Source: Ignavibacteriales bacterium (GTDB taxonomy: Bacteria; Bacteroidota; Ignavibacteria; UBA10030; UBA6906). Taken from it: a stretch of DNA of 64,000 nucleotides. Below the pieces are notes generated by a model, which searched no databases, was not told the origin of the DNA, and was given only the letters and a program-made list of their open reading frames with translations. The DNA is taken from contig JBBIRR010000001.1 of NCBI GenBank assembly GCA_037441705.1, positions 226,447 to 290,446 on the forward strand. Direction: 5' to 3'. The position numbers were made by a program, and so were the translations under genes. Below, in pieces: positions 1-10,106 of this stretch; within the stretch, counting starts at the first letter, position 1; each line of letters opens with the position of its first letter.

Positions 1-1853
1 AGCAGCTCAAAGAGATTCACCAGCGCGTCGACCGGATGATGAAGGAGAAGGCCGATCTCTTCTGGAACGACCTCCATCCAAAACTCGCAGCAAGCGGCAT
101 ACACCTTCTCACCATGAAGGAGTGCACGTCCGAGGAACGCGCCCGTCTGACAGAGTTTTTTGCAAAGGAAATCTTTCCCGTCCTCACGCCGCTGGCGTTC
201 GACCCCGGCCATCCGTTCCCGTATATCTCGAACCTGAGTTTGAGTCTCGCCGTTGTGGTGCGCAGCCCGAAGGGTGAGGAACGTTTTGCGCGCGTGAAGG
301 TGCCCGATGTGCTGCCGCGCCTTGTGGCGATTCCGGGCAGCGACGCGGGGACGTTCCGCTTCGTCTGGCTGGAAGAGTTGATTCGTGAGAACCTCGGCAT
401 GCTGTTCCCCGGCATGGCGGTGACGGAATCGTATGCGTTTCAGGTAACGCGCAACGCGGACATCGAGATTCAGGAAGATGAAGCCGAGGACCTCATCCGC
501 TCGATCGAAGAGTCCATCAAGATGCGGCGGTTCGGTTCCGTGGTACGCCTGCTCGTGGAAAATACCATGCCGCAACGGATTATTGACGTCCTCGCGGAGA
601 ATCTCGAGATCACACCGGACGACGTGTACCACTTTCGTCCACCGCTCGGTCTCAGTCATCTCATGCAGCTGCTGAAACTGCCGCGCCCCGACTTGAAGGA
701 CCCACCGTATCACCCTGCAATGCTCTTCAGCGACGACGAGGGCGAGGATATCTTCGGTCTCATCAGGCGAGGCGACATCGTGTTGCATCATCCGTACGAC
801 TCGTTCGCTCCGATCGTCCAATTCATCAAAGCCGCCGCGCACGACCCGAATGTTCTTGCCATCAAACAGACACTCTACCGTATCGGAAAAGAATCGCCTC
901 TGGTTCCGCTTCTGATTCAGGCTGCCGAAAGCGGCAAGCAGGTCGCCGTGTTGGTGGAGTTGAAAGCCCGCTTCGACGAAGAGAACAACATCGGCTGGGC
1001 AAAGAAATTAGAACGCGCCGGCATTCATGTCGTCTACGGATTGGTGGGATTGAAAACGCATGCGAAGGTCGCTCTCGTTGTTCGGAAGGAAGCAGACGGC
1101 CTGCGGCGCTACGTGCATCTCGGCACCGGCAACTACAATCCGGATACCGCACGCATCTATACCGACATCAGCTACCTGACCTGCAAGGAAGATATCGCCG
1201 CCGATGCTTCGGAGGTGTTCAACTTCCTCACGGGGTTCTCCAACAAGCAGGAGTTTCAGAAACTGGTCGTCGCGCCGCTGAACCTGCGCACGCGCCTCAC
1301 GCAGCTCATCGAGCGGGAAATTCAACACGCCCGCAGCGGCAAGCCCGCACACATCATGCTCAAGATGAATGCCCTCACCGACATCAAAATGATCGAGATG
1401 CTCTACGAAGCGTCGAAAGCGAAAGTCAAGATCGACATGATCGTCCGGGGAATCTGCTCTCTGCGGCCCGGCGTCAAGGGCGTGAGCGAGAACATTCGCG
1501 TGATCAGTATTGTGGGGAGATTTCTCGAACACAGCCGCGTGTTCTATTTCTCGAACGATGGCCGGCCGGAACTCTACTGCAGCAGCGCCGACCTGATGGG
1601 TCGCAATCTTGACCGACGCGTGGAACTGATGTTCCCGATTGAAGACCCGGTGTGGGCCGCATTCGTCAAACGCGAGACGCTTGATGCAGCATGGGAAGAC
1701 ACGGTGGGCGCGCGAATGCTTACCGCCAACGGCACATACGCGCGTGTGCAGCCTGCAAACGGCAGAGAGCCATTTGAGATGCAGGCGTTCCTCATGCACA
1801 CGCGCCTGAAACAAGAACCGAAGAAAGCAGTGCCGCGTGAAGTGCCCGGGTAG
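1..1853 (+). CDS. ppk: Polyphosphate kinase 1 (PPK1), 5' end truncated by the window edge
   Basis: The reading frame is open from position 3, so the start lies upstream of the window. The 605 aa fragment shows PPK1 hallmarks, including the PLD-like C1/C2 region (HAKVALVVR...YVHLGTGNYN). Its length is consistent with a ~700 aa PPK1 missing its N-terminus. Confidence 0.85.
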   Translation, partial: QLKEIHQRVDRMMKEKADLFWNDLHPKLAASGIHLLTMKECTSEERARLTEFFAKEIFPVLTPLAFDPGHPFPYISNLSLSLAVVVRSPKGEERFARVKVPDVLPRLVAIPGSDAGTFRFVWLEELIRENLGMLFPGMAVTESYAFQVTRNADIEIQEDEAEDLIRSIEESIKMRRFGSVVRLLVENTMPQRIIDVLAENLEITPDDVYHFRPPLGLSHLMQLLKLPRPDLKDPPYHPAMLFSDDEGEDIFGLIRRGDIVLHHPYDSFAPIVQFIKAAAHDPNVLAIKQTLYRIGKESPLVPLLIQAAESGKQVAVLVELKARFDEENNIGWAKKLERAGIHVVYGLVGLKTHAKVALVVRKEADGLRRYVHLGTGNYNPDTARIYTDISYLTCKEDIAADASEVFNFLTGFSNKQEFQKLVVAPLNLRTRLTQLIEREIQHARSGKPAHIMLKMNALTDIKMIEMLYEASKAKVKIDMIVRGICSLRPGVKGVSENIRVISIVGRFLEHSRVFYFSNDGRPELYCSSADLMGRNLDRRVELMFPIEDPVWAAFVKRETLDAAWEDTVGARMLTANGTYARVQPANGREPFEMQAFLMHTRLKQEPKKAVPREVPG

Positions 1854-2322
1854 GCAGCGTGCTGACGAAGCAGCCGGTGACGGAACGAGAAACCCCATCG
1901 GCGATGCACTCCACCCCTCCACGTCCGTGCTTTGGAGCGAAGCACATCGCTCGCAACCCTTCACCGACTGCCCATGACGTTTGCCAGTTGTGCCGTGAAT
2001 TACGGACCGTCACAGGGCAGTCGGTGCTTTGGGAAACTCACATAGTTCAGGACCTCAATTCAGATGCGGCCGCGTGTGTGTGAACATCCGCCTTCAGCAA
2101 ACTCTGGAGCTTGTGCTCAACCAGGCGGACAAACGGCGTACAGCATCCGGCAATCTCGATCTGCGGCGTCCCGACTCCCAACCCTTGATCCACGATGATT
2201 TCCACCGGCTCATCGTGGTTGGGACAACGAAGTGACGACGACCATTCGACGTGAAGCGAAGAACCGATCATATCTACCCCCTATTTGCGCGTTGAACATG
2301 TCTGTCTGTCCCGGTCGAATCC

Positions 2323-4782
2323 TCAGCGCAGCAGAACCATTTTTCTTGTCTCCGAAAAACTGCCGGACTGAACTCGGTAGAGGTACACACCCGTCGCCAG
2401 CGTACCGCCCATCGCATTCTTTGCGTCAAACACGATTTCGTACTTTCCCGCTGTCTTCCACTCGTCAACAAGCGTCGCCACCTCCTGACCCGTAATGTTG
2501 TACACCTTCAGTGTCACACGACCGTCCGCGGGAATGGCGTAGCGAATCGTCGTGGAAGGGTTGAACGGATTGGGATAGTTCTGCTCGAGCATGTACTTCG
2601 TCGGGATGGTAGCAAGGGGTTGCGGATTGAACCCAACGCCGACCTCCTTGATCCACAGTTGCGTGACGATGGCCGAGCCTTCGCCAAGACTGTTGATCGC
2701 GATGGTCACGTCCCCATTGGCATGTACCTCTTGGGGGAGACGGCGAAAGCCTGTTGCTGCGGGTGTTGGACCAACGGTCATCGGCTCGCCAAGGCGGACA
2801 CCGTTGGCGGTCAATTCTTGAAGCCGCCGCACGCCGTCTCCTGCGGCGAACTCTGCGGCAACTTCGTACTCGCCGGTCGGCTTCAGTCTCGTGAAGCGAT
2901 ACTGCACCGACGATGCGTGCTCGTTCGCTGTCTGCGATGGAGTGTTGCCCCATCGGACAGCGCTTCCCTGAACGAGATGGGCATCGTCCGTCCGGTGCTC
3001 GCTGCCGCAATCTTCGTGGTAATACAACGGCAGCGTGAAGCGGGTGTTGGAAAACAGAGGCTCGCCGCTGTAGGCAGAGGCCGCCCCGAGTTCGTAGCGG
3101 TAGGTGCCGGCGGACACCTGCGTACCGTCGTCGCCCCGTCGATCCCATAGCAGGCGCTTCTCTCCGGCATTCATCCACGACGAGGTCAGGGTGCGGACGA
3201 GCCTATTCTGTTCATCGTAAATCCGGGCTGTTACGCTGGCAACATCGGTCAGCACGAAGCGGCATGCGACCGTGCTGACATCGGCATCGGCCTGGAACTC
3301 GATCGCCTTCATTTTCACGCCGAGCTTTCTTCGCTGCGCCCCGCTCGCGTCGTCCCACCGCTCCACCGCAAACACCTGATCGAACCCGGTCCAGTAGTTT
3401 CCCTCTCCCTCAATCACAACCTTCGCAAACGGAATGTCGATATGACCGAGTCCCGCGTACGTCTCGTCTCCACCTTCGATGTCCAACAGATCGAGCGTCG
3501 GCGTGAACTTCAGAATCTGCGACCTCACACTTTCAACCACATAGACCTGCCCGAAGTGATCCGTCTTGAGTGACGTGAAGTACTGACGGAAATTGCCCCG
3601 GTACTCACGAACAAGCGTGAGGGACGTTCCTTCGTCGGCAAAGACACGGATGCGGTTTGCAAGCTTATCCACGACGTAGAGCAGCGCATTGTTCGCGCCG
3701 TTCCATCGGCCGACCGCGATGGAGCTTGGTGTTGAGAAGCCTTCAAAACTTGCCACAAGGGAATTGCGCAGCGTACCGGCCGTGTATTTGAGAATCTTGT
3801 TCTCCACACCATCAGCCACATAGAGAAGATCATCCTGCGTATCGAAGGGCGTACCGTTATCATTGATAGCGAGGTCGGTCGGGTTCGTCACGGTATAGAT
3901 CTGATGACGATGCTGCAGCTCGATGTTATCGCCCGTGCCGACCAACTTCAGGACGACGATGCGTTTGTTTGCCGGCTGTCCGACGAACACGTTTCCGTCA
4001 GCATCAACCGCGATGCATGAAGGTCCTTGAAGAGGATAGGCTTTGATCCAGCGATCCATGTTTCCGTAGAGGATGCGGTCCCATTCGGGATCGAGAACAA
4101 GTTGAATGTAGGTTGCCGAGATCAGCCTGCGCCCGCTTGCATAGCGAAGGGAGATGAACGAGGCGGTGTGTTCGGGCAAGCCGAACAGGACACGATCGAG
4201 ACGCGAGCGTGCAATGCGCTCCGTCAGCCGTCCGATGCCGTGTTCGCGGCTCACAGCGACCGGAATGAACGTTTCGCCGACGGAGACGCCACCGCCGACA
4301 GTTTGAGGCGAGGGCGCGCCGGTGACGGCAGCCGTGCTCCATTCGGCGGGGAGAGAGCCGCCGGCAATCGTCCAGCGCCCTCCTACCTTTTCGAAGAGGA
4401 GTCGCTCGCCCGAGGCAAACTCAGCCGATGCCGCGCTCCCCTGAACCCTTACGCGGCATCGTTGAAAATCGGCGGCAGGCAATGCCGTTGCCGGTGCGTG
4501 CGCTCCTGTGGACAACGCATCACCTGCCTGCCTGCTCAGCACGGCCTGGACGTGCTGAGGATCTGCAAAGAAGAAGGGCACGTGTTTTCGCTCGACCGCA
4601 CTCGTGCCACCACCATTGGCCCGCAGCTTATCCACGATAAGCTGAATCTCCGCCTCATCGGAAACACGTGCCCAGTGTGCCCCCAACCGCTCCGGCGTGC
4701 TCGGCTCGCCCCCGCGAATTGTGCTGCACACACTCACGCTCATCACCATCACCGCACACAACTGTGTCGTCTTCATACTCAT
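2323..4782 (-). CDS. Secreted NHL-repeat beta-propeller protein with T9SS C-terminal sorting domain
   Basis: N-terminal signal peptide. Repeated NHL-like blades (NVFVGQPANKRIVVL, LLYVADGVENKILKY, LLYVVDKLANRIRVF, QVYVVESVRSQILKF). The C-terminus carries the canonical Por_Secre_tail (LEQNYPNPFNPSTTIRYAIP...GVYLYRVQSGSFSETRKMVLLR). Confidence 0.75.
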   Translation of the reverse strand: MSMKTTQLCAVMVMSVSVCSTIRGGEPSTPERLGAHWARVSDEAEIQLIVDKLRANGGGTSAVERKHVPFFFADPQHVQAVLSRQAGDALSTGAHAPATALPAADFQRCRVRVQGSAASAEFASGERLLFEKVGGRWTIAGGSLPAEWSTAAVTGAPSPQTVGGGVSVGETFIPVAVSREHGIGRLTERIARSRLDRVLFGLPEHTASFISLRYASGRRLISATYIQLVLDPEWDRILYGNMDRWIKAYPLQGPSCIAVDADGNVFVGQPANKRIVVLKLVGTGDNIELQHRHQIYTVTNPTDLAINDNGTPFDTQDDLLYVADGVENKILKYTAGTLRNSLVASFEGFSTPSSIAVGRWNGANNALLYVVDKLANRIRVFADEGTSLTLVREYRGNFRQYFTSLKTDHFGQVYVVESVRSQILKFTPTLDLLDIEGGDETYAGLGHIDIPFAKVVIEGEGNYWTGFDQVFAVERWDDASGAQRRKLGVKMKAIEFQADADVSTVACRFVLTDVASVTARIYDEQNRLVRTLTSSWMNAGEKRLLWDRRGDDGTQVSAGTYRYELGAASAYSGEPLFSNTRFTLPLYYHEDCGSEHRTDDAHLVQGSAVRWGNTPSQTANEHASSVQYRFTRLKPTGEYEVAAEFAAGDGVRRLQELTANGVRLGEPMTVGPTPAATGFRRLPQEVHANGDVTIAINSLGEGSAIVTQLWIKEVGVGFNPQPLATIPTKYMLEQNYPNPFNPSTTIRYAIPADGRVTLKVYNITGQEVATLVDEWKTAGKYEIVFDAKNAMGGTLATGVYLYRVQSGSFSETRKMVLLR

Positions 4783-4790
4783 CTCCCCGA

Positions 4791-5954
4791 TTAGATCGAA
4801 AACTTGATGGATGCCTGTATGATGTTCGCCGAGAAATCCAGATTGTTGAAGTAGCGGAAATACATCACCTCGACCGCTGAACCGTGCAGGAACTCGAAAT
4901 CGGGATTCTCCTTCGCGACGCCGCGCAGCAGGTACGTAAGCGTGAAGCCAAAATTGTTGGATGAGAAAGGCTTCAGCTTATAGTCGGACGTGCGCAAGGC
5001 CGTCGCAAGATCCTGGATGCCCGCATAGCGGTCGCGGTAGAACGATGCCGCCGTTTGTGCATAGTACCGGTAGTCCACCCCGAAAATGAGATCCTGCAGT
5101 ACGTATTTGTTGAACTTGATCTCGCCGGTGTGCGAACGCACATTCCACGAATCAAAGTAATACCGGTAGCTGCCGATGAGCGAAGCTTTGATCGGCACGA
5201 TGAACTGGCTGAGCCTGAGCGCGCCCGCGTGCCGTGTGCGCGACCGGGGATGCTGCTCATCCACCAAGGTGGAAACACCGGCCGCATCGTAGATGCGGAC
5301 CTGACGGTAGGGATCGCTCAGAAAGCCTTTGTGCAGCACGAAATCGTAGCTGAAATCCAGGACGGTATTGGCCGAAAGAATCTGGCTGAGACTCAAGGAG
5401 CCGGTGTAGGTCTTCTTGCGCTGGTTCAGCAGATCGCCGCTCTCCAGAATCTTGCCCACGAAATCGGCGTTGTACTGGCCGCGCAGCGTGAGTGTTGTGT
5501 TCTTCTCATTCAGTTCCTGACTGTACGTGACGACGACTGCGTTCGAGCGATAGTCCACTTCCTGGCTTCTATAGTAATTCACGGCAAAGGTAGCGTTGGC
5601 GCCGATGTCTTGCTGAAGTCCGAGAATAATCTGTCCGCGATTTTTTTCGAACGGCTCGCTTGCGCGACGCTGCGGCCGCGTCGCACCCGTCACGGCAGTC
5701 ACCGGCGGTACCGTCACCTGATCCAGCTCGATATCGAACAACAACAGCGTGCTCTGCAGCAAGCGCTTCGCAAGATTGAAGGACGTCGTAACGACGCTGT
5801 TATCGCCGCTATCGGAGAAGTAATAGGTTGTGAATCCCAGCCCCTCGCCGCCTCCTGCCGCGAACCCGATCGCGGACGGCATGAAGATGGCGAGCAAGAA
5901 CAGGGCAATATGTTTCCGATAGTGTGTCATACACGAGGGCATCGTCGCCATCAT
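4791..5954 (-). CDS. DUF3570-family predicted outer-membrane beta-barrel protein
   Basis: 387 aa with a signal peptide. Amphipathic beta-strand periodicity is rich in Y/F/S/T, and the C-terminal residue is aromatic. It sits immediately downstream of a DUF4266 lipoprotein gene with a 4-bp overlap, which is the conserved DUF4266/DUF3570 pairing. Confidence 0.6.
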   Translation of the reverse strand: MMATMPSCMTHYRKHIALFLLAIFMPSAIGFAAGGGEGLGFTTYYFSDSGDNSVVTTSFNLAKRLLQSTLLLFDIELDQVTVPPVTAVTGATRPQRRASEPFEKNRGQIILGLQQDIGANATFAVNYYRSQEVDYRSNAVVVTYSQELNEKNTTLTLRGQYNADFVGKILESGDLLNQRKKTYTGSLSLSQILSANTVLDFSYDFVLHKGFLSDPYRQVRIYDAAGVSTLVDEQHPRSRTRHAGALRLSQFIVPIKASLIGSYRYYFDSWNVRSHTGEIKFNKYVLQDLIFGVDYRYYAQTAASFYRDRYAGIQDLATALRTSDYKLKPFSSNNFGFTLTYLLRGVAKENPDFEFLHGSAVEVMYFRYFNNLDFSANIIQASIKFSI

Positions 5955-6169
5955 TTTGCACAGCCGCAGCCGCCGCCAATCCCCGCCGCTCCCCCGATGC
6001 TTCCCTCACGCGTGGAGAAGAACTTCTGCTCGAGCGTCTGCTTGGCAAACACATCCGTCCGCTCCATGATCGGGTCACCGAGGTTGGCGCGTTGATACAC
6101 TTTCACGGTTGTACATCCCGCGAGAAAATACAACAGGAGAAGAAGCGCGAAGAGGTGTGTCAGGCGCAT
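5951..6169 (-). CDS. DUF4266-family small lipoprotein
   Basis: 72 aa with lipobox LAGC. A TVKVYQR...DP segment is followed by the characteristic Gly-rich C-terminus ending GGGCGCAK, matching the DUF4266 signature. Confidence 0.7.
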   Translation of the reverse strand: MRLTHLFALLLLLYFLAGCTTVKVYQRANLGDPIMERTDVFAKQTLEQKFFSTREGSIGGAAGIGGGCGCAK

Positions 6170-6178
6170 ACGGTCCTC

Positions 6179-8422
6179 CTATCGGCCGACGGTGTTGGAA
6201 AACTGCGTCCCCATATCCACCCACTCGATGATGGTGAGCAAGTCACGGTTCGCCGGAAGGAACGGATCAATGCGGCCATGTTGATCGCGCGTCCACATCT
6301 GCGTGTGATCGTAGCTCAACGGCCGGTAGTCCCGGTTGCTCGAGTCGTTCAACTGTCGTCCATACAACACCCACAGCAGCGGACTGTGACGCGAGCCGTT
6401 GTGCCCGTGGACGTATTGCATGTCGTTGTTTGTCGCGGTACGATAGCGACCGTTGCGCGTGAGGGTTTCATAGACGGTCGTCGTCATTTCCGTGAACGGA
6501 TTTGGTGGGGGAGTCAAATCCGCCGGTGTGTTTTCCAGACTCAGCCCTCCTGCGGGTGCGGCATTGCTGTGGCAGGTGATGCACCGGCGATCGAACACAT
6601 TCTGCACCGTGTTCGTCCTTCCGGTGCGATAGCGATCGAAGAAGTCCAGCGTATCCGTCCGCGCTGCGGGATGCGCCGTCACCAGTTCCGCGTTGTGAAA
6701 GCCGGATTCGTACGTCGTGCCGCGTGCCCGATTGATCACCTGGTTGTTGGAGGCAATCTGCAGATCGTTAATAATCCGATCGCGATCATGAGAGTCGTGG
6801 CAGCCCGTACAGAGCCGCTTCTCGCCCGGTATCACCTGAATCCACGTGAGCTGGCTGACGAGAAGCATACCGTGCTGGTCGAGCGTCTGCACGTGCAGGG
6901 ATCGGTTCGCAGGCACTTCAATGGAAAAGGAACCGTCCGAACGAATCGCCGCATAGCCGATAATGCGCTGCTTTTCCAGATTGATGTTGCCGATGGCCTG
7001 TCCGCGCTTGGATCCATCGCGAGGCATATCCACCGCTTCCAACACACGCAGGTACTTGGCCTGACCGTTCGAGCCATCGGCGTTCGCGAACGTCGGTGAA
7101 GGACGAATCTGCCCGTCGTTGGGCGCGCGATCGTAGACATTGCCGTCGAAGAACATCCCGGTCGTCGCACCGGAGGAAAGTCCTGCGGCAACATTCGGGT
7201 CCATGGGAATGACCAGCGGGACCCCGCCGGGAATTCTTTCGCGCGGTAGCACGGGCACGGGATCAATCTCGTTATAGTCGGGATCGTTGTAGATGAGCCG
7301 GAGATTGCTGCCGTCTTTCTCCATCACGTAGATGCCGTAGTCGACTTCTTCATTCTGGCCGCCTTGACCGCGAGGAATCGGAGACATCGCCACGAGGATT
7401 TTTTCTTTTCGATCTGCAGATGCATTCCTGTCGATGATCGGATGCGGCGTTTTGTAGAACGCGCTGGTCGCGCGGCCCGTGTTATTAAAGACCACGTCAG
7501 GAGGTGTGATGAACGTGAGGTTGTCATCCGATCGTGAAATGTCAATAATGGCGATGGCACCGCCCTCGAAAGGCGAGTTCCGCTCCATCACCGAACAGAC
7601 CAGCCCGCCATCGGAGAGTTCTCGCGCTTCGACAAATGCCCGGTCGCCGCTTTCGCGCGGCGAGTGATTGCCGTACAGAACGAAGGGCCGCGTACCATCG
7701 GGGTTCATCACAAAGAGAGGAAATTTGTTGGGATTGCCGAGATGTTCCCACCGGCCGTAAATGATCTTGCCGCTGGAGTGAATGATCGGGTTGATATCGT
7801 GACTCTGATTGAATGAAATGCGACGAATGTTGACGAGTCGGCCATCTGCCGCGCGATCGGCTACATGCAGCAGCGGCGACTCGCGTCGCTCATATTCGTC
7901 AACGATTCCGGGCCGGGTTGAGGTAAAAACAATTTGCCCGGTCGGCAGATACGCCGGATCCATATCGTCGCCGGTTGAACCCTCGGTCAGTTGCACAAGA
8001 TTCGTCCCGTCGGCATTCATTTCGTAGATGCGCCAGCGACTGTTGCGGTTCACCTTCATCGAGAAGAGAATTCTTCGGCCGTCGTAGGAAACCTCGGGAT
8101 CAGCGCACGCTCCGTAGTTGCGCGGGTCGCTGACGTTGCGCCTCGTGTATTGTGCGGTCAGGTTCGTCAACTTGCCTTGCGGAGAGATGGGGCTGAGCAA
8201 AAACAGATCGCTGCCCGGATAGTACTCGTCAATATTGCTGCGCATGGGTTCGCTGCGGTTGTCTTCGCGGCTGTTCTCTCGAACAAAGACAATCGCCGCC
8301 TGCCCCGAACGGTCAAGAATGTCATCCGGCGGCGACGAACCGCAGGACGCGAAAATCAGAGCCAGACCTCCGGTGCATAAGGCAGCGTTCATCAGCCGCC
8401 CGAGCCACAGAATTGATCTCAT
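6179..8422 (-). CDS. Lipoprotein with TolB-like PD40 beta-propeller and two CxxCH haem-binding motifs (putative dihaem c-type cytochrome)
   Basis: Lipobox IFASCG. PD40-type repeats (YDGRRILFSMK...RIYEMNADGTNLVQLT; FVMNPDGTRP; YVMEKDGSNLRLIY). Two CxxCH motifs (RLCTGCHDSHD and RRCITCHSNAAPAGGLSLENT); the second matches the PSCyt1-like C-x2-CH...GGL-x-L pattern. Confidence 0.6.
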   Translation of the reverse strand: MRSILWLGRLMNAALCTGGLALIFASCGSSPPDDILDRSGQAAIVFVRENSREDNRSEPMRSNIDEYYPGSDLFLLSPISPQGKLTNLTAQYTRRNVSDPRNYGACADPEVSYDGRRILFSMKVNRNSRWRIYEMNADGTNLVQLTEGSTGDDMDPAYLPTGQIVFTSTRPGIVDEYERRESPLLHVADRAADGRLVNIRRISFNQSHDINPIIHSSGKIIYGRWEHLGNPNKFPLFVMNPDGTRPFVLYGNHSPRESGDRAFVEARELSDGGLVCSVMERNSPFEGGAIAIIDISRSDDNLTFITPPDVVFNNTGRATSAFYKTPHPIIDRNASADRKEKILVAMSPIPRGQGGQNEEVDYGIYVMEKDGSNLRLIYNDPDYNEIDPVPVLPRERIPGGVPLVIPMDPNVAAGLSSGATTGMFFDGNVYDRAPNDGQIRPSPTFANADGSNGQAKYLRVLEAVDMPRDGSKRGQAIGNINLEKQRIIGYAAIRSDGSFSIEVPANRSLHVQTLDQHGMLLVSQLTWIQVIPGEKRLCTGCHDSHDRDRIINDLQIASNNQVINRARGTTYESGFHNAELVTAHPAARTDTLDFFDRYRTGRTNTVQNVFDRRCITCHSNAAPAGGLSLENTPADLTPPPNPFTEMTTTVYETLTRNGRYRTATNNDMQYVHGHNGSRHSPLLWVLYGRQLNDSSNRDYRPLSYDHTQMWTRDQHGRIDPFLPANRDLLTIIEWVDMGTQFSNTVGR

Positions 8423-8457
8423 ACGCTTCTCCCCGATAATGCCGTTCTCGTAGATGA

Positions 8458-9009
8458 TTAGAAATAGAATTGAATGCCGACCGTGAACGCAATGTTGTGT
8501 GAGACAAATGGCTCATCGTTCAGAATCCGCTGTGAGAAGATTTGATCTCGCACATCGTATCGAAAGCCGAACTGATTCCCCCCGAAGGCGCCCTTCAGCG
8601 GAATGCGTTTGCCCAGACCGATCACGCCTGCAAACGTCGACTGCCCTCCCTGGTTGATCCCGGCAACCCCGAGGATCATGAAGGGCACATAGCTGCTGGG
8701 AAACGGATCGAACCCTGCAACAAACTCATACGTGTACAATCGCTCACTCTCAAACAGCTGAGATCGCGTAACGCTCGAGAGAACATTGGAGCGCAAGCTG
8801 CCAAGGCCGAATGTGCCTTCGACAAAAAATTTCCCTCCTGAAACAAAGTAGTTATACCGAGCAGCGTAGTGAGGATTGGTCCCGAAACCGCTTGCCGCGT
8901 ACGCACCCACAGAGAGACTAATGCTGTTGGAATAGGGCATCTGTGCATAGGAAGGAATCGCAGCGACCGTAGTAAGCACAAGCAGCAAGCTCCATGTGTG
9001 TACACGCAT
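8458..9009 (-). CDS. Small outer-membrane beta-barrel protein (OmpW/porin-like)
   Basis: 183 aa with a signal peptide (LLLVLTTVAAIPSYAQ). Alternating hydrophobic beta-strands. C-terminal ...GIQFYF with a terminal Phe. Confidence 0.6.
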   Translation of the reverse strand: MRVHTWSLLLVLTTVAAIPSYAQMPYSNSISLSVGAYAASGFGTNPHYAARYNYFVSGGKFFVEGTFGLGSLRSNVLSSVTRSQLFESERLYTYEFVAGFDPFPSSYVPFMILGVAGINQGGQSTFAGVIGLGKRIPLKGAFGGNQFGFRYDVRDQIFSQRILNDEPFVSHNIAFTVGIQFYF

Positions 9010-9025
9010 GTTACACTCCCGTTGG

Positions 9026-9652
9026 TTACCGAATTATGAACGTTGCACCGAGGCTGATTTCCTGAAACAGGACCAACTCGTCCCGCTCATCGCGCGCATT
9101 GGTAATGTTGGTGATGTACTGTTTTGCTTCGATGCGAATGCCGAGCGTCGGTGTGAAGTAGAACCGCGCGCCTGCGCCGAAATTAAATCCGAGCGTTGAT
9201 ACCGTTTCATTGCCGATTGTCGACGTCGGCACCGTGAGCATCAGGCCGACCCCCGCTGCACCGTACGGAATGAGGCGCGAGCGAGTGGAGAGGTTGAGAA
9301 GAGCATTCACGGAAAGAGGATAGAGATTCGCATACGTGCCGATCACCTGCTCACCTGCCAGCTCAAGGTTGAGAGAGCCATAGTTCATCGAAAGGCGCAG
9401 GCCGAACGTGCCGCTCTTTCCCATGAATCCTGTGTGAGGCGAAATCTCGAACGTGACGCCGTCGTTGAGGTTGATGAAGGACGTCTTGGTTTCCGTGCGC
9501 ACTGAATCGTTCTGTTGCGACGCGGCCCTTTCCGGAGTTGAGGCTACAACGAAAGATAGTAGCAAGAGTGAATAAGTAAATCGGATAAATACGGTATATT
9601 CCTTCTTCAAAGGACGCAATGAGACCGCTCCCGCTTTCCGTCTGAATTTCAT
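9026..9652 (-). CDS. Small outer-membrane beta-barrel protein; start codon uncertain
   Basis: 208 aa with an internal hydrophobic signal segment (YSLLLLSFVVAS) and beta-strand periodicity. The long basic N-terminus suggests the true start may be downstream of the annotated Met. It lies 16 bp upstream of the previous barrel gene. Confidence 0.5.
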   Translation of the reverse strand: MKFRRKAGAVSLRPLKKEYTVFIRFTYSLLLLSFVVASTPERAASQQNDSVRTETKTSFINLNDGVTFEISPHTGFMGKSGTFGLRLSMNYGSLNLELAGEQVIGTYANLYPLSVNALLNLSTRSRLIPYGAAGVGLMLTVPTSTIGNETVSTLGFNFGAGARFYFTPTLGIRIEAKQYITNITNARDERDELVLFQEISLGATFIIR

Positions 9653-10106
9653 TGAAAATCACTCGTTTATGTGCCCAATCCTACAACTCTGTGCTGCACA
9701 ATTTACTCAATTCACTGTACCAATCGTTGAGATACAAATATAAACCAATTTATTCATTTGTCAAGCAAAAATTTTCAGATATGCCTCTTATTACCATTTT
9801 TTAATTGATTGAGTCGCATCACCCGAGACAAGTCAGACGTCATGCATGGCGATCGGAACCATCACCTTCTCGCCCCAGTCCGTTTGCAACGTCGCCATCG
9901 GCAGCATCGTCGGTTGCCATGATGTGGCAAATGGCCAACTCTTGAACCAAAGAGGCATGGTATGCACATGAACACGCCGACTCTGTCGGACAAACAACAC
10001 GCACAGCGAAACACACCTTCAAACAAATCCCCGATCTCAGCCTTGTATCTGTGCAATCTTCTTCATAGGTTAATTCCGAAAGTCTTGTTCTTTTCGGAAC
10101 CCTCGC

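Noticed and set aside
2465-3178. 237-aa minus-strand Arg-rich ORF inside the T9SS protein gene
   Set aside because: Alternative frame of the same strand. It is extremely Arg-rich (RRRRRR runs) and non-protein-like. The main frame has NHL repeats and the Por tail.
5055-7099. Plus-strand ORFs 5055-6095 (346 aa) and 5924-7099 (391 aa)
   Set aside because: Both are antisense shadows of the DUF3570, DUF4266 and PD40-cytochrome genes. They are Arg/Ala/Gly-rich with no motifs. The minus-strand genes have signal peptides and family signatures.
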